Shown here: piece after piece, positions 59,438 to 64,000 of the stretch
Position numbering within the stretch: position 1 is the first letter of the stretch
Layout of the letters: each line of letters starts with the position of its first letter
Assembly: GCF_000143415.4 (NCBI RefSeq)
Contig: NW_003314287.1
Span: 1,323,514-1,387,513 of the forward strand
DNA from: Selaginella moellendorffii
Taxonomy: Eukaryota > Plantae > Lycopodiophyta
Direction: 5' to 3'
DNA: 64,000 nucleotides
The notes under the pieces: model-generated
What the model was told of the DNA's origin: nothing
Databases searched by the model: none
Seen by the model: only the letters and a program-made list of their open reading frames with translations
Program-made: the position numbers and the translations under genes

Positions 59438-60722
59438 TTAGATATATGCTAAAGATAATGAAGTAGAATTAGAGTTTCAGAGCTGTGGGTTAGAGAACAA
59501 AGTGATAGAGAAGACTTCTAACTATATAGTCAAGGAGTAAAGAATAGAAATATAATATTATATATTTACCATCTTTTTATATTTATTAAGGACAGTTATT
59601 TGTTTGACCAAATTATCTAAAATCTTTTCCATTGGTTTTAATATTTTATTTGAGTTTTATTGTACCTCATAACAATTTGAACACTCTAATATTAGCAGCT
59701 TCCTTAGTTCCTCTTCTTTAACTTTAGTCAGATTTCGATATTCTATGGAAGTCATATCAAGTGTTCTAACAATCTAATATAACACTTCACTCATAATTTC
59801 AATAAATGGCAATTTGAATAAGGAAGCTATAAAACTTGGATTGCATGCCATCAATTAGAAAAACTTATCTAATATTCCACTTTGAATTCTTGATTAGATA
59901 TCTTCTTAGTTAGACCTCTTATTTGGTTCTCCACACTTTCAAAAATAGTGATCATGTTTTTTAGGATTTTGATTTTTTTATCCAGCATTTCACCAACATA
60001 GTCAATGATAATGATCAAGAGTGCACTACCATCACTAAATTGCAACAATTGCACTAAGGCTCCAAGTTTGTATTGGAATTCTTCCACATTAAGAGTGAGT
60101 AACTCAGTTATCATCTCATAGTTGAGTTGGAGAGGAATTTTAGATCAGTTGTGAAAACATTGTGTTCTTGAGCTTGTCTAGGTGCAGGCTGAATGTTTTA
60201 GAGTTGTCCCACCAATCTGAGTGAAAAAAAGGCTTGTTTGACATCTTTTTGTTGTATTTGTGGAAATTTGTGAGGATCTTGTAGTCAGCCATGGAAACAT
60301 GATGTGTAGAAAGGTGTCAAGCATCACCGAGGAAAAGAAAAAAGTGAGTTAGTGAAGTTGTGGTGTAGTGTTTGGAGGAGTTGCCATTACTTAGACAACG
60401 AAGAATGGGCATCTGTTGCAGTGTATGACACCAAGAGCTGGGCTGCATCATTCCCATCTGGAAGAAGGCCATAATTAGGCCAGATTGGGTGCGCTTAGGG
60501 CAGCCAGCAACAACCAGCTTTTAGAGCATGTGGAATAACACGAGATAAGTTACTACCCTCCCATTGCCACCACATGAATTACTCCTTGCTTGGACTGTTT
60601 GCCCCTGAGGTACAAGCTCTTGCTTATCCATAAGTCTAGAATGATACATATATAATATATAGATATATAGATTATATATATGTATATGCGAAAAATCTTT
60701 TTGCCCTAATGAAAACCCCTGG

Positions 60723-62018
60723 ATGATGCTACGGAGGAGCGTGCGCTTGGCGAGGCGCTGCTGTGGCGCTGCCCTCCAGGATCACATTCCATGGTATGTC
60801 CGCAGGAAGATTGCCAGAGAAGCTAGCAGCGATGGCGTAGAGGGAGCGAAAAACGAACTCATTGCTAGGCCGCGAGAGAGTGATGGCTTTGGATATGGGG
60901 CTAGAGTCGCAATGCAGGGGCATTTCGAGAGGGGGGATCTGGAAAGCCTGGAAAGCGGGCAAGAAGATGAGAGCGAGGATGAGAGCGAGAGTGAGAGTCT
61001 GGAGGATTTGGGATACTTGAGTGATGTTCTAGCCAGTAAAAAAATCGAGCTAGAAAATTTCGCTAGAGGTGAGCTGAGTGACCTTCAAGACAGTGAAGAA
61101 CTCGAGGAAGAAGAGTGCGTTAGCAGTGAGGTGAGCGATCTTCAAGACAGTGAAGAACTCGAGGAGGAATTTGAGGAAGAAGATCATCAGTTTGAAGAAG
61201 ACGAAGAAGAAGTAGAAGATGAGCTTCAGAGACAATTTCGATCACAGTCGACCCAAGCTTCGGATCAACTCTTGCTGATTGCCGAGACATCATCAGACTC
61301 TGAGCCAGTGAGTTCTGTTTCTTTGCCTTGCTAAGTTCCTTTTTTCTATTTCATCTACTGTTACACAGGAAGACGAAGCTCCACCGACGAGCTACTTGCA
61401 CAAGCTGACGGTCCGCGAGGTTGCAAAGATTTTGAGAAAACTTCGTGGCATTGATCTCAAGATCTTGAACGTCCAAGCACGGTGCCAGTGGACAGACTAC
61501 ATGGTTTTCGTGTCTGGAAAGTCCACGAGACATATCAGGGGCATGGCGGACAGTATAGTCGCAAGAGTAAGTCACTCTCCATCCTTTTTCCCTTCATGTT
61601 TTTCATGGTCTACTTTCCAGGTGAAGAAGAAGTCCACAGAGGACAACCATTTGGAATTCCCATCTGTCGAAGGCCGCGCTTGCGAGCACTGGATGGTCGT
61701 CGACTGCGGTAACATTTTCAGTGATCGCTCATTCGTTTCTTCGTCCAACTCGTGTGCCTTGGATCTCCAGGCAGCATAGTCGTGCATGTCTTTAGCGAGG
61801 AGGCCCGCGCGCGCTATAATCTGGAGCAAAAGTGGGGAGGAGAAGAAGTAGTCATGGACGAGCAGAAAAAGGAAGAAGAAGAGCGAGACCGCGAGAGGGA
61901 GACGAAGGAACAAGGTGCTACCGCGGCAACGGTACTTGGCCAAGAAACCTCGAAAAAGAAAAAGAAGAAAAAGGCAAGCGCTCGACCCGCTTCAATCGCT
62001 CCTCTTGTTCTTTGCTAG
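60723..62018 (+). CDS. Iojap/RsfS-related ribosomal silencing factor, probably mitochondrial, four exons
   Basis: TDYMVFVSGKSTRHI, WMVVDCG|SIVVHVFSEEARARYNLEQKW; Arg-rich presequence; acidic linker. Confidence 0.92.
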
Positions 62019-62185
62019 CTTCACTTTGCTATGGTTTTTATATCTATCCAATATGAAAGAGCAGGAAGATTAGAAACCAGGGAGAGAAAATTGTCTCCTC
62101 TAGATCGTACATTTGTTTGATCTTTGCGTAAAGATGATCTTTTGTTTCATCGTTCTCGATGTTATTTCGCACACCAACTTCTGGT

Positions 62186-63190
62186 CTAGTTGTTATCATC
62201 GCCAGGATTTGTCGCGTGCTGCTGGAAGAATCGCGCATCCACGATGAGCCTCGCGATCTCCCACTGCGTCTCGTTGCGCTTCTGCTGCAGCTCCTTGAGA
62301 ACCTCGAGTCGCTTCTCTTCCAGCATCTGCCGCCGCTGCTCCATCCTCTCCAGCGCGTCGATCATCATCTGCGCCACTTCTCTCATCTGGTGCTGCTGAT
62401 GATGATGCTGCGGCTCCACTGGCGAGGAAGACGAGCCTGGAGCCACCACACGCTTGCGTTTCTTCTTGCTTGCTTCTTTGCCGTGGTGATGATCTTGATG
62501 AGACCACTGCTGTTGTTGCTGATCCTGCCCCGGAATTCCAAAACGTGGTGGTGGTGGTGGCGGCGGCGGCGGCAGCGTCGGTGGCGAGCAGAACGACGAC
62601 CGCATCATCAGCTCCTCCTGGATCCCGTTGAGACCGACCAGAGCATCCTCCGAGCCTCCAATCCCGTCGTCAAACTCCGGGTGGTGATCCACGAACTGAT
62701 CCGGCGGCGCTGGGACTTTGTCCGCGAGAGGAGCCGCCGCCGTCACCACTTTCGTATCAGCGCCGCCACCGCCAGCGGCTGTCTTCACCGTGATCCTCTC
62801 GATGCGGTTGTACCACTTCCACTTGACAGGGGTGCCGAGCCGGCGCTTCTCACGGACCGTCTTGAAAGTTTTCTTGAGCGAGTCTATCTTGTTCTTGCAG
62901 CGGTTGTAGTTGTAGACGGGCTTCCCAGCTGCACACTGAGCGTTGAGGCCGTCCACCACCTCCTGCCACTCCTTGGCCCGCAGCGTCCCCCTCTGGAGTG
63001 CCAAGTACCTCTCCGTGTAGAGATCCAGCAACACCAACGTTGCTCGGTCGTCCCACTCCTTCCACGCCTCCACCTGCGTTGCCGCTGCTCCTGTTGCTGT
63101 TACCGCCACCCCCGCGGTTGCCGCATGCGACCCACCGCAGAATGCACCGTTGCCGTCCCGCAGCACCCCGCCGCCGCCTGCGTCCGCCAT
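62186..63190 (-). CDS. Trihelix (Myb/SANT-like) DNA-binding protein
   Basis: EWDDRATLVLLDLY..LRAKEWQEV..RCKNKIDSLKKTFK..WKWY, followed by a C-terminal coiled coil; ATG at 63190. Confidence 0.9.
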   Translation of the reverse strand: MADAGGGGVLRDGNGAFCGGSHAATAGVAVTATGAAATQVEAWKEWDDRATLVLLDLYTERYLALQRGTLRAKEWQEVVDGLNAQCAAGKPVYNYNRCKNKIDSLKKTFKTVREKRRLGTPVKWKWYNRIERITVKTAAGGGGADTKVVTAAAPLADKVPAPPDQFVDHHPEFDDGIGGSEDALVGLNGIQEELMMRSSFCSPPTLPPPPPPPPPRFGIPGQDQQQQQWSHQDHHHGKEASKKKRKRVVAPGSSSSPVEPQHHHQQHQMREVAQMMIDALERMEQRRQMLEEKRLEVLKELQQKRNETQWEIARLIVDARFFQQHATNPGDDNN

Positions 63191-63411
63191 AGCCACAAAC
63201 GCCCACCCGCTTCCGTACACCGCACCCCCTCTCGTACACCTCCTCCTCTTGTAATATTCCGCATTGTCACCTATAGCCTGTGATATATCACTGTCCTGAA
63301 ACAGTCCAGTCCAGTTGAGCTCCTGTTTGATGTTCGTGAGAAGAGAAAGTGTTCGATGGTCATGAAAAATGAAAAGAAAGAAAACGTTACCGTGGATAAG
63401 AACGAGGTACG

Positions 63412-64000
63412 TCAATGAACCGAGCGTCTGCGAACTATGTCGCCTACAACAGCTTGTTGCAAGCTCTGGCCAGTGGCCGATGTTGCTGTCAGGATTTCCA
63501 AAGGTTCTCGCATTGTAAAAACAACTTCTTTCGTTTTCCCGAAGTACACCTGGAAAAATCGCTAGTTGGGAGGATGCATCGGTGAGAAATATCTGTGATA
63601 CCTGGTCCAAGCCGTTTCTCAGTTTGCTTTCCATATCCTCGATCATTCTACCCATGTTTCCAAGGTGGCCTTCTGTCGAGGGAAAATCAGCCTCCATCTG
63701 TGCACATTCAATTTCAATTTCAATCATCATCTCTCTGGCAAGTGAGTCTTTGCAAACCTGTCGAACGATAGAGCCAGATAGACCAAAAGACATAGATGGA
63801 TCGTCTTTCGTTGTGAAAGAAAGCATCACTGTGCTTGTAAGACAGTAGTGGGCTTCTCCTTCCTCTTCAGACACCTCCAAAAAGGTAAAAAAAAAAAAAA
63901 AAAACAGAGCTGTTAAGGCAACGAAAAGATGGAGAACAACTACCTCAATAATGTGAATAGCATCCCACAGCCCGTGATCTAAGAGTCCTCGACGTCCTTC
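63412..64000 (-). CDS. CPB: F-actin capping protein beta subunit, 3' exons
   Basis: GCWDAIHIIE, AHYCLTSTVML, HLGNMGRMIEDMESKLRN, VYFGKTKEVV; stop TGA at 63412-63414. Confidence 0.95.

Noticed and set aside
62186-63880. 564-aa CPB-trihelix fusion ORF
   Set aside because: It reads through CPB introns and leaves the CPB frame; spliced CPB ends at its own stop at 63412.

Overview
Eukaryotic plant DNA, most likely the lycophyte Selaginella (inferred from ~50-nt introns, tightly packed genes, intronless PLS-PPR genes and the retroelement types; not verified by search). Positions 1-39.4 kb are a nest of LTR retrotransposons whose boundaries can be read from LTRs and TSDs: a 5S-rRNA-bearing Cassandra TRIM interrupted by a non-autonomous LARD-like element (B); a truncated chromovirus (C); and an old self-priming Tcn1/Tf1-like Gypsy (F, 17302-39421) that hosts a TRIM, a MITE and two chromoviruses (D, E). 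Positions 40.8-64 kb hold host genes: PFK, two PPRs, a Crinkler-like nuclease-kinase, DUF1635, a B-lectin-like ORF, Iojap/RsfS, a trihelix factor and the 3' end of capping protein beta. The most striking observation is in element D. Its integrase/chromodomain region is split by short AT-rich spliceosomal-type introns (two clear GT-AG, one probable GC-AG), and removing the first restores the exact DD35E spacing. Just downstream lies a multi-hairpin RNA element with two tRNA T-loop/B-box hairpins, shared with compensatory changes by non-autonomous element B.
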